Shown here one piece after another: positions 54,760 through 62,735 of a stretch of 64,000 bases of DNA (the stretch's first letter is position 1; each line of letters starts with the position of its first letter). The notes below the pieces were generated by a model. The model made no database searches. It was not told the DNA's origin and saw only the letters and a list, made by a program, of their open reading frames with translations. Position numbers and translations under genes: made by a program. The stretch comes from an uncultured Actinomycetota bacterium. GTDB lineage: Bacteria; Actinomycetota; Actinomycetes; Mycobacteriales; Micromonosporaceae. Location: positions 699,648-763,647 of the forward strand of contig CAVRVS010000002.1 of assembly GCA_963724705.1 (NCBI GenBank). Direction: 5' to 3'.

Positions 54760-55930
54760 ATGAGTTCCGTGATCGTCAGTGGCGCTCGCACGCCGATGGG
54801 CAAGCTGCTCGGCAACCTCAAGGACTTTCCCGCGACCAAGCTCGGCGGCGTGGCGATCAAGGCCGCGCTGGAGCGCGCCGGCGTCGCGCCGGACCAGGTC
54901 GAGTACGTGATCATGGGTCAGGTGCTGCAGGCCGGCGCCGGCCAGATCCCGGCCCGCCAGGCCGCCGTCAACGCCGGCATCCCGATGACGACGCCGGCGC
55001 TCACGATCAACAAGGTGTGCCTGTCCGGCCTCGACGCGATCGCGCTGGCCGACCAGCTGATCCGCGCCGGCGAGTTCGACATCGTCGTCGCCGGCGGCAT
55101 GGAGTCGATGACGAACGCGCCGCACCTGCTGATGAACCAGCGGCAGGGCTACAAGTACGGCGACGTGGTCGTCAAGGACCACATGGCGCTCGACGGCCTC
55201 ACCGACGTCTACGACGTGTGCTCGATGGGCGAGTCCACCGAGCGCCACAACGGCCGCTACAACGTCACCCGCGAGCGAGCAGGACGCGTTCGGCGCCGCG
55301 AGCCACCAGCGCGCCGCGACCGCGCAGAAGAACGGCGTCTTCGCCGAGGAGATCACGCCGATCGAGATCCCGCAGCGCAAGGGCGACCCGCTCCTGATCC
55401 TCGAGGACGAGGGCATCCGCCCGGAGACCACGGCCGAGTCGCTCGGCAAGCTGCGGCCGGCGTTCACCAAGGACGGCACGATCACGGCCGGCACGTCGTC
55501 GCCGATCTCCGACGGCGCGTGCGCGGTCGTCGTGATGAGCAAGGCGAAGGCCGAGGAGTTGGGCCTGGACCTGGCTGGCCGAGATCGGCGCGCACGGCAA
55601 CGTCGCCGGTCCGGACAACTCGCTGCACGCGCAGCCGGCCAACGCGATCGAGCACGCGCTCCGCAAGGGCGGCCAGAACGTCGCCGACCTCGACCTGATC
55701 GAGATCAACGAGGCGTTCGCGGCGGTCGGCATCGCGTCGACGCGTCAGCTCGGCGTCGATCCGTCGATCGTCAACGTCAACGGCGGCGCGATCGCGCTCG
55801 GCCACCCGATCGGCATGTCCGGCGCGCGGCTCGTGCTGTCAGCCTCGCGATGGAGCTCAAGCGCCGCGGCGGCGGGACCGGCGCGGCCGCGCTGTGCGGC
55901 GGCGGCGGCCAGGGCGACGCCTTGATCGTG
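54760..55930 (+). pseudogene. Acetyl-CoA C-acetyltransferase (thiolase) with three frame disruptions and no in-frame stop
   Basis: The thiolase sequence is readable only by switching frames. Frame 1 runs to ...NVTRE (about 55275). Frame 2 gives [11 protein letters not shown]...[12 protein letters not shown] (to about 55570). Frame 0 gives [15 protein letters not shown]...[10 protein letters not shown] (to about 55842). Frame 2 then gives [29 protein letters not shown]. Confidence 0.8.
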
Positions 55931-56029
55931 AGTCGTGCCCGGCGTCTCCGTAGCGAAGTCGTGAGCGGAGCCGCCATCTCGAGCGGTCCACCGGCGGCCC
56001 AACGAGCGAATCTCCGGCGCAGCAACGAC

Positions 56030-56971
56030 ATGCCGGCGCTGGTCGCCGGCGCGCGCGACGGCGATCCCCGGGCGGTCGCCCGGCTGATCAGCCTGATCGA
56101 GAACGACGACCCGAAGCTGCGGGAGGTCGCGGCCGCGCTCGCGCCCCACACCGGCAAGGCTCAGGTCATCGGCCTGACCGGCTCGCCCGGGGTCGGCAAG
56201 TCGACCACGACCAACGAGCTGGTACGGGCGCTGCGCGCGGCCGGCAAACGGGTCGGCGTGCTCGCCGTCGACCCGTCCAGCCCGTTCACCGGTGGCGCGA
56301 TCCTCGGCGACCGGGTCCGTATGCAGGACCACGCGACCGACTCCGGCGTCTACATCCGCTCGATGTCGTCACGCGGTCACCTCGGCGGTCTGTCGGCGGC
56401 GACACCGCAGGCCGTACGGGTGCTGGACGGTGCCGGTTGCGACGTCGTCCTCGTCGAGACGGTCGGCGTCGGGCAGGCCGAGGTCGAGGTCGCGAGCCTG
56501 GCCGACACGGTGATGGTGCTGCTCGCACCGGGCATGGGCGACGCGATCCAGGCGGTCAAGGCCGGCATCCTCGAGATCGCCGACGTCTTCGTGGTGAACA
56601 AGGCCGACCGGGACGGCGCCGACGCGACGTACACCGACATCCAGGGCATGATCGCGCTCGGCGATCGGGCGGCGGGCGAGTGGCGACCCCAGGTCGTCAA
56701 GGCGTCCGCGGCCCGGGGCGAGGGCATCGACGACGTGGTGGCCGCGATCGGCAAACACGAGTCGTGGCTGGTCGAGCACGACCAGCTGCGGACGCGGCGC
56801 GAGGCGCGGGCCGCCGCCGAGGTCGAGGCGATCGCGCTCGGGGTCCTGCGTGGGCGGATCGGATCGCTACGCGACGGCGAGGCCCTGCCGGCGCTGGCCG
56901 CCCGGGTCGCGGCCGGCGATATCGATCCGTACGCCGCCGCGGACAATCTGCTCGCCGGCCTGGAGCCGTAG
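56030..56971 (+). CDS. meaB: Methylmalonyl-CoA mutase-associated G3E GTPase MeaB/ArgK
   Basis: [25 protein letters not shown]..., P-loop [17 protein letters not shown], and NKAD. In the track it appears fused (55532..56971) to thiolase-derived sequence. Confidence 0.85.
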   Translation: MPALVAGARDGDPRAVARLISLIENDDPKLREVAAALAPHTGKAQVIGLTGSPGVGKSTTTNELVRALRAAGKRVGVLAVDPSSPFTGGAILGDRVRMQDHATDSGVYIRSMSSRGHLGGLSAATPQAVRVLDGAGCDVVLVETVGVGQAEVEVASLADTVMVLLAPGMGDAIQAVKAGILEIADVFVVNKADRDGADATYTDIQGMIALGDRAAGEWRPQVVKASAARGEGIDDVVAAIGKHESWLVEHDQLRTRREARAAAEVEAIALGVLRGRIGSLRDGEALPALAARVAAGDIDPYAAADNLLAGLEP

Positions 56972-57101
56972 GCGCGGGCGGTCGACCACGGGCGGGTCCG
57001 GCCCGCCTGGTCACCGCTTCGATGCGGTACCGCAAGCTACGTCACGCAACCATCGGCGCCAGCTGAGGGTCGGACAGAGTGTGACCATCACTGAGCGCCC
57101 C

Positions 57102-57770
57102 ATGACGACCGCGATGGCGAGCCTGCTCGTCGCCGATCGAGTGACCGTCACCTACGGGGGAACCCGACCGGTCTTGCAGGAGGTCTCTGCGGTCGCCGAA
57201 CCGGGTCGCGTTCTTGCCGTCACCGGGCCGCCCGGCGCCGGCAAAACCACCTTGTTGCGGGCACTCGCCGGTTTGATCCGCCCGGCCGGGGGCGCGGTGA
57301 CCGTCGAGGGTGCGCCGTTACGCGACCGGGATCACGCGATGGCCCGCCGGATCGTGCTGATTCCGCAGGACAACGGCCTCGCCTCGATCCTCACCGCGGC
57401 CGAGAACATCACTATCGCGTTGCTCGCCGACGGGGCCGCACCGGCCGAAGCGCGCCGGGGGACCGCCGAGGCGCTCGCCCGGTTGGGGCTCACCGGACAC
57501 GCGGACCAACTTGTCGAGGATCTGCTGGCCGGGCAGCAACAACGTACGGCGATCGCCCGAGGGGTCGCACTGGGCGGCGACGTTGTGCTGGCTGACGAGG
57601 TCACGAGCGAACTGGATGGGCGCAACCGGCAACTCGTGCTCGACGTCTTGCTTGCCGAGGCCGAGCGCGGCGCCGCGGTGATTTTTGCCACCCGGGACTC
57701 GGAAGCGGCCGCCGCCTGCGACGCGGAACTGCGCTTGATCGACGGCCGCGGCGAGAGGATACGCCTCTAA
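57102..57770 (+). CDS. Orphan ABC-type ATPase domain protein with degenerate motifs
   Basis: Walker A GPPGAGKTT. The signature reads LLAGQQQRTAIARG rather than LSGGQ. Walker B is VVLADEVTSELD. The H-loop position reads ATRD. No adjacent permease. Alternative GTG start at 57081. Confidence 0.65.
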   Translation: MTTAMASLLVADRVTVTYGGTRPVLQEVSAVAEPGRVLAVTGPPGAGKTTLLRALAGLIRPAGGAVTVEGAPLRDRDHAMARRIVLIPQDNGLASILTAAENITIALLADGAAPAEARRGTAEALARLGLTGHADQLVEDLLAGQQQRTAIARGVALGGDVVLADEVTSELDGRNRQLVLDVLLAEAERGAAVIFATRDSEAAAACDAELRLIDGRGERIRL

Positions 57771-57908
57771 CGAGCGTTTGCGAGCTATTTTCTTCTTGCT
57801 CCCTTTGATAGCGCACTGCGTGGCATGTGTACTACGCTCCCACACGTTGTGCCGCGCATTCGCGGCCACACCCGCAGTACGCGGGGTTTTTGCAGAGGAT
57901 TGGCAGAC

Positions 57909-58112
57909 ATGGCAGTAGGCACGGTTAAGTGGTTCAACGCTGAGAAGGGTTTCGGCTTCATCACGCCGGACGACGGCGGAGCCGACGTATTCGCACATTT
58001 CTCGGCGATCGCGACGAGCGGCTACCGCTCCCTCGACGAGAACCAGCGCGTGGAGTTCGAGATCGCGCAGGGGCAGAAGGGACCGCAGGCGGCCAACATC
58101 CGTCCGGTCTGA
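57909..58112 (+). CDS. cspA: Cold-shock protein (CspA family)
   Basis: [34 protein letters not shown] carries RNP1/RNP2 motifs. 67 aa. Long upstream untranslated region. Confidence 0.95.
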   Translation: MAVGTVKWFNAEKGFGFITPDDGGADVFAHFSAIATSGYRSLDENQRVEFEIAQGQKGPQAANIRPV

Positions 58113-58135
58113 TCCACGATTTAACGAGCCATCAG

Positions 58136-58165
58136 GCGGCCCGCACCACGATTGGTGCGGGCCGC
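58136..58165 (+). terminator. 13-bp stem / 4-nt loop terminator after csp
   Basis: GCGGCCCGCACCA-cgat-TGGTGCGGGCCGC, 24 nt after the stop, followed by a T-rich repeat (gctgtgtttcggtttgc...). Confidence 0.75.
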
Positions 58166-58497
58166 GCTGTGTTTCGGTTTGCGCTGCTGTTTCGGTTTGC
58201 GCTGTGTCTCGGCCTGGGACCTCACCGCCCCGCCCGGGACTGGCGACGTCCATCGCCTGCTCGATCGGCCGGGGCGGCTTCAAAGAGATCCAGTGGGATG
58301 CTGGTGGAAATCGGACATTGACGCCCGGCGGTCTTCTGCTCGCGCACCTAACGCTCTGCTGGCGGTGATGCGTGCAGAGTGTTAGGCAGTCGAACGACGG
58401 CCCACCGCTCTAGCCGGTTTTCCACAGGCTGGCTGGTTATCCCCAGCTCGGCGCATGGGTGGTTGCCGACAGTCGATCGGCCGCGTTGGCTCCGCGT

Positions 58498-59004
58498 ATG
58501 TCATCTACGCGTATGTCATCAACGACGGGGGTATGGCCGCCCGAACTCGCCGAGCGCCTGGCCGATTACGTCACTGCATTACGGCGTCGCGCCGACCTCA
58601 GCCAACGGGAGTTGGCCACGCTCGCCGGCGTACCGGCATCGACCGTCGCCCGGCTCGAGTCGGGCGTGACGCGCGATCCGCGGGTGTCCACGATGGCCAA
58701 GCTGGCCGCGGCCGCAGGTCACCGGCTGGTGATGGCGGCCGACGACGATGAGCTGTTGACGCCCGAGCCCGAACTGCGCCGCCGCTGTCGCGACCTGCGT
58801 GGCCGGCGCCTACCAGCGCACCTCGATGTCGCGCCCGCGATGGAGGACTGGTTGCGGCCATGGTGGCTGCCGAAGCGCGGAGAGTTCACGTTCATTCGCA
58901 ACCGGCGCCGTCGCGACGAGGTGAGGGCGGAGCACCGCCAGATGGTCGAGCGGTACTTGACCGATCGCGAGCGGGTTGATCGCGACCGCAGCGATCGGGA
59001 ATGA
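58498..59004 (+). CDS. XRE family helix-turn-helix protein with basic C-terminal extension
   Basis: LRRRADLSQRELATLAGVPASTVARLESGVTRDPRVSTMAKLAAAAG is an XRE HTH. Start is ambiguous (GTG 58459, ATG 58498 or 58513) because of a 15-nt duplication. Confidence 0.7.
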   Translation: MSSTRMSSTTGVWPPELAERLADYVTALRRRADLSQRELATLAGVPASTVARLESGVTRDPRVSTMAKLAAAAGHRLVMAADDDELLTPEPELRRRCRDLRGRRLPAHLDVAPAMEDWLRPWWLPKRGEFTFIRNRRRRDEVRAEHRQMVERYLTDRERVDRDRSDRE

Positions 59005-59086
59005 ACGAGGTCTGTTTCGGCGAGCGCGGCTTGGATAGGCTCCCCTCGGATAGCTGGCGGACCTTGTGCACCCCCGAGGAGATTCC

Positions 59087-59932
59087 ATGGACGACTTTCC
59101 GGCGCAGACCGCTCCGACGACGGCAGCCGACTCCACCGAGGTGCCGGCCGCCGACGACCAATCGGTTGAGGGCGACGTCCACGCCGATGCCTATGTCGAC
59201 GGCGACGCGATGCCATCCGACGCCGTCGAGGCCGACCGTGAGGCCGACGCGGTCGAGGCCACCGCGGTCGAGGCCACGGCAGCAGCGGATAACGCGGGAG
59301 ATGGCTATGCCCACGTCGGCAACGGCGTCTACCAGTCGGCCGGCACCGGCTTCAGCGGCGCCGCGGATCGGGTGAACGAACGCCTGCACGAGATGGCTGG
59401 CCGCGCCGGCGAGGCGATCGCGCAGGCAACGGACGAAGCCGGCGAGCGCATCTCCGGTGCGACGCAGGCCGCGGTGACCCGGATCCGCAACAACGCCGCG
59501 CTGCCGGCCAATCGGGGCACGACCACGATCGCGAACGAGGTGGTCGAGAAGATCGCCGGTATTGCCGCGCGCGACGTGCCCGGCGTCTACGACCTCGGCG
59601 GCGACACCGTCCGCCTGCTTTCGTCCGTACGCGAGAAGTTGCACCTGGGCGACGAGAGCAAAGCGCAAGGCATTGCCGTCAGGCTGAACGGCAAAGAGGC
59701 GGATCTGTCGATCACGATCGTGCTCGAGTACGGCTTCGTCGTGGCGTCGGTGACCGACGCCGTCCGCGAGAAGACGATCAGCGCGGTCGAAACGCTCCTC
59801 GGCCTGGACGTCACGAACGTCGACATTCTGGTTGACGACATCCACGTGGACCAGGACGGCCCGGTCGGCGACGATGCGACCCGGGCCGCCGGGTATTCGA
59901 GCGGTACGCAAGGGATCACGGTCGGCGGCTGA
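59087..59932 (+). CDS. Asp23/Gls24 family envelope-stress protein with acidic repetitive N-terminal region
   Basis: GTTTIANEVVEKIAGIAARDVPGVYDLGG...VRLNGKEADLSITIVLEYG...VREKTISAVETLLGLDVTNVDILVDDI is the Asp23 core. GAGGAG lies upstream of ATG 59087. Confidence 0.8.
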   Translation: MDDFPAQTAPTTAADSTEVPAADDQSVEGDVHADAYVDGDAMPSDAVEADREADAVEATAVEATAAADNAGDGYAHVGNGVYQSAGTGFSGAADRVNERLHEMAGRAGEAIAQATDEAGERISGATQAAVTRIRNNAALPANRGTTTIANEVVEKIAGIAARDVPGVYDLGGDTVRLLSSVREKLHLGDESKAQGIAVRLNGKEADLSITIVLEYGFVVASVTDAVREKTISAVETLLGLDVTNVDILVDDIHVDQDGPVGDDATRAAGYSSGTQGITVGG

Positions 59933-59935
59933 GCG

Positions 59936-60793
59936 ATGGCGTTCACGGTCGCGATTACGGGGGGAGCACGCGGCATCGGGCTCGCGACCGCCCGCGCGTT
60001 CGCTGGCGCCGGCGCGAAGGTGGCGATCGGTGACGTGGACGAGGAGGCCGCCGCCGCCGCGGCCGCGCAGACCGGTGCGACCGCGCACGTACTCGATGTG
60101 CGCGACCCGGCGTCGTTCGCGACGTTCTTCGGCACCATCGGCGTGCCCGATGTGCTGGTGAACAACGCGGGCGTCGCGCACGGTGCCTCGTTTCTGGACA
60201 CGTCGGACGAGCTGCGCGACCTGCAGATCGATGTCAACCTGCGCGGCGTCGTCAACGGTCTTGCGGCGGCCCTGCCGGGCATGGTTGCTCGCGGCCGCGG
60301 ACACGTGATCAACGTTGCGTCGATCGCCGGACGGATCGCGCTGCCCAACGCGGCGATGTACACGGCCACGAAGTTCGCGGTGGTCGGGCTCACCGAGGCG
60401 GTCGCGGCCGAACTGCACGGTTCGGGGGTACGGATATCCGCCGTCCTACCGACGTTCGTACACACTCAGATGACCGACGGACTGCCGCTTCGCGGTGTGC
60501 CGACGGTCGACCCGCCCGACGTGGCGCGGGCGATCCTGCGCCTGGTCCGGCGGGGCGGTCCGGCGGTGGTCACCGTGCCCCGGTGGATGGGTGGCCTGCC
60601 TCGCCTTGCCACCTTCACACCGCAGATGATCATCGACGCGATCCGGCACAGTTCGACCCGACCGTACGAGGATCGTGACCAGCGTCGGGCCGCGTACGAG
60701 GCCCGGGTCCGCGGTCTGCTGCCGCCGGCCACCCCGCCGCGATCAGAGTCCGGGCCGACGCCCGACGAGCCCGACGAGCCGACCGCGCACTGA
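59936..60793 (+). CDS. SDR family oxidoreductase
   Basis: TGGARGIG cofactor motif, NNAG, and the catalytic YTATK. Confidence 0.85.
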   Translation: MAFTVAITGGARGIGLATARAFAGAGAKVAIGDVDEEAAAAAAAQTGATAHVLDVRDPASFATFFGTIGVPDVLVNNAGVAHGASFLDTSDELRDLQIDVNLRGVVNGLAAALPGMVARGRGHVINVASIAGRIALPNAAMYTATKFAVVGLTEAVAAELHGSGVRISAVLPTFVHTQMTDGLPLRGVPTVDPPDVARAILRLVRRGGPAVVTVPRWMGGLPRLATFTPQMIIDAIRHSSTRPYEDRDQRRAAYEARVRGLLPPATPPRSESGPTPDEPDEPTAH

Positions 60794-60896
60794 ACTTTGC
60801 GTGACATGTGCCGCGTGCCTTAGCGATCGTTCAGGACTGCCCATACACTCGACGGGTAGACAACGCTGTCGAATATGAGCTGTCCCGGAGGGCCGC

Positions 60897-62600
60897 ATGG
60901 ACGCACGCGACATCGCCGCTGGCCGCGAGCGCTGGCAGGCCCGCTATGACGCGGCCCGCAAACGAAACGCCGACTTCACGACGTTGTCCGGCATGACGGT
61001 CGAGCCGGTGTACGGGCCGCCCGAGGGCGCGGTCGTGCCGGGATTCGAGCGGATCGGCTGGCCGGGCGAGTTCCCGTACACGCGCGGGCTCTATCCGACC
61101 GGCTACCGGGGCCGGACGTGGACGATCCGGCAGTTCGCCGGCTTCGGCAACGCGCAGCAGACCAACGAGCGCTACAAGATGATCCTCGGCGCCGGCGGCG
61201 GCGGTCTGTCCGTCGCGTTCGACATGCCGACGCTCATGGGTCGCGATTCGGATGAGCCGCAGTCGCTCGGCGAGGTCGGCCATTGCGGCGTTGCGATCGA
61301 CTCGGCCGCGGATATGGACGTGCTGTTCGGCGGCATCGACCTCGGCGCCGTCACCACGAGCATGACGATCAGCGGCCCGGCCGTACCCGTCTTCTGCATG
61401 TATCTCGTGGCGGCGGAGCGGCAAGGTGCCGATCTGTCGGCGCTCGACGGCACGCTGCAAACCGACATCTTCAAGGAGTACATCGCGCAGAAGGAGTGGC
61501 TCTTCGCGCCGGAGCCCCATCTGCGGCTCATCGGCGATCTGATGGAGTATTGCGCGCACAACATTCCGCGCTACAAGCCGCTATCGGTGTCCGGCTACCA
61601 CATCCGGGAAGCCGGCTCGACGGCCGCACAGGAACTCGCCTACACGCTCGCCGACGGGTTCGGCTATGTCGAGTTGGGTCTGTCCCGCGGTCTCGACGTG
61701 AACACGTTCGCACCCGGGCTGTCATTCTTCTTCGACTCGCACGTCGACTTCTTCGAAGAGATCGCGAAGTTCCGGGCCGCCCGCCGCATCTGGGCGCGCT
61801 GGCTCCGCGATGTCTATGGCGCGACCGACGAGAAGGCGCTCTGGTTGCGGTTCCACACCCAGACCGCTGGCGTTTCGCTCACTGCCCAGCAGCCGGTCAA
61901 CAACGTCGTCCGTACGGCGGTCGAAGCGTTGGCGGCGGTGCTCGGCGGTACGAATTCCCTGCACACCAACGCCCTCGACGAGACACTCGCACTGCCGACC
62001 GACGAGACGGCCGAAATTGCCCTGCGTACGCAGTCGGTGTTGATGGAGGAGACCGGCGTCACGAACGTGGCCGACCCGCTCGGCGGCTCCTGGTATGTCG
62101 AGGCGTTGACCGACAAGATCGAGGCCGAGGCGGAGCGGATCTTCGCGCGCATCCGGGACATGGGCCAGCGTGCCGGCGCCGAGCCGGACGAGGCCACCAA
62201 ACAGTTCATGACCCCCGGCATCCTGCGCGGCATCGAGGATGGCTGGTTCATGTCAGAGATCGCCGACTCGGCGTTCATCTACCAGAAGGCCTTGGAGACG
62301 GGCGATAAGAAGATCGTCGGGGTGAACGTGCAGACCGGTACGGTCGCCAAGGATCTCGAGATCCTCCGGATCTCGCACGAAGTCGAGACCGAGCAAAAGC
62401 GCGTCCTCTCCGCCCGTAAGGCCGGCCGTGATCAGGCCGCCGTCGACGCGGCGATCGCGCGCATGGTCGAAGCGGGCAAGACGGATGAGAACATGATCCC
62501 GGCGATGCTCGACGCGTGCCGAGTCGAAGCGACGCTCGGCGAGATCTGCGACGCGCTGCGCGCCGAATGGGGCGTCTACCGCGAGCCGGCCCGCTTCTGA
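60897..62600 (+). CDS. icmA: Isobutyryl-CoA mutase large subunit-like acyl-CoA mutase (no fused B12 domain)
   Basis: RWQARYDAARKRNADFTTLSG...RTWTIRQFAGFGNAQQTNERYKMIL...GLSVAFDMPTLMGRDSD...TDIFKEYIAQKEW closely matches my memory of Streptomyces IcmA. 567 aa. Confidence 0.8.
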   Translation: MDARDIAAGRERWQARYDAARKRNADFTTLSGMTVEPVYGPPEGAVVPGFERIGWPGEFPYTRGLYPTGYRGRTWTIRQFAGFGNAQQTNERYKMILGAGGGGLSVAFDMPTLMGRDSDEPQSLGEVGHCGVAIDSAADMDVLFGGIDLGAVTTSMTISGPAVPVFCMYLVAAERQGADLSALDGTLQTDIFKEYIAQKEWLFAPEPHLRLIGDLMEYCAHNIPRYKPLSVSGYHIREAGSTAAQELAYTLADGFGYVELGLSRGLDVNTFAPGLSFFFDSHVDFFEEIAKFRAARRIWARWLRDVYGATDEKALWLRFHTQTAGVSLTAQQPVNNVVRTAVEALAAVLGGTNSLHTNALDETLALPTDETAEIALRTQSVLMEETGVTNVADPLGGSWYVEALTDKIEAEAERIFARIRDMGQRAGAEPDEATKQFMTPGILRGIEDGWFMSEIADSAFIYQKALETGDKKIVGVNVQTGTVAKDLEILRISHEVETEQKRVLSARKAGRDQAAVDAAIARMVEAGKTDENMIPAMLDACRVEATLGEICDALRAEWGVYREPARF

Positions 62601-62735
62601 TCCGCTCCGGTCAGGCGTTCCGCGCCCGGGTCGCCTAACGCGGCACGGGCGCGACGCAACCCCGACGCCGCACCGCGCGTCATCTCATACATCGGGGGGC
62701 GCCCGACTCGTGGTCGCCCCGTCGGCGGAGGTAGC

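Noticed and set aside
54658-55542. N-terminal 295 residues of the 453-aa minus-strand ORF 54181..55542
   Set aside because: Only the last 158 codons encode the epimerase. The upstream extension is antisense to the thiolase and has no family features.
55532-56971. A natural thiolase-MeaB fusion protein
   Set aside because: The stretch between [12 protein letters not shown] and [11 protein letters not shown] in this frame ([23 protein letters not shown]...) is out-of-frame thiolase sequence. The fusion is therefore a by-product of indels plus a missing stop, not a designed fusion. MeaB has its own plausible ATG at 56030.
58892-60418. 508-aa minus-strand ORF; similarly 38228..39751, 7503..8606 and 45070..46404
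   Set aside because: All lie antisense to plus-strand genes with clear family motifs (Asp23/SDR, S53 peptidase, DUF2637-like, HCDH) and translate to Arg/Gly/Asp-rich low-complexity sequence.
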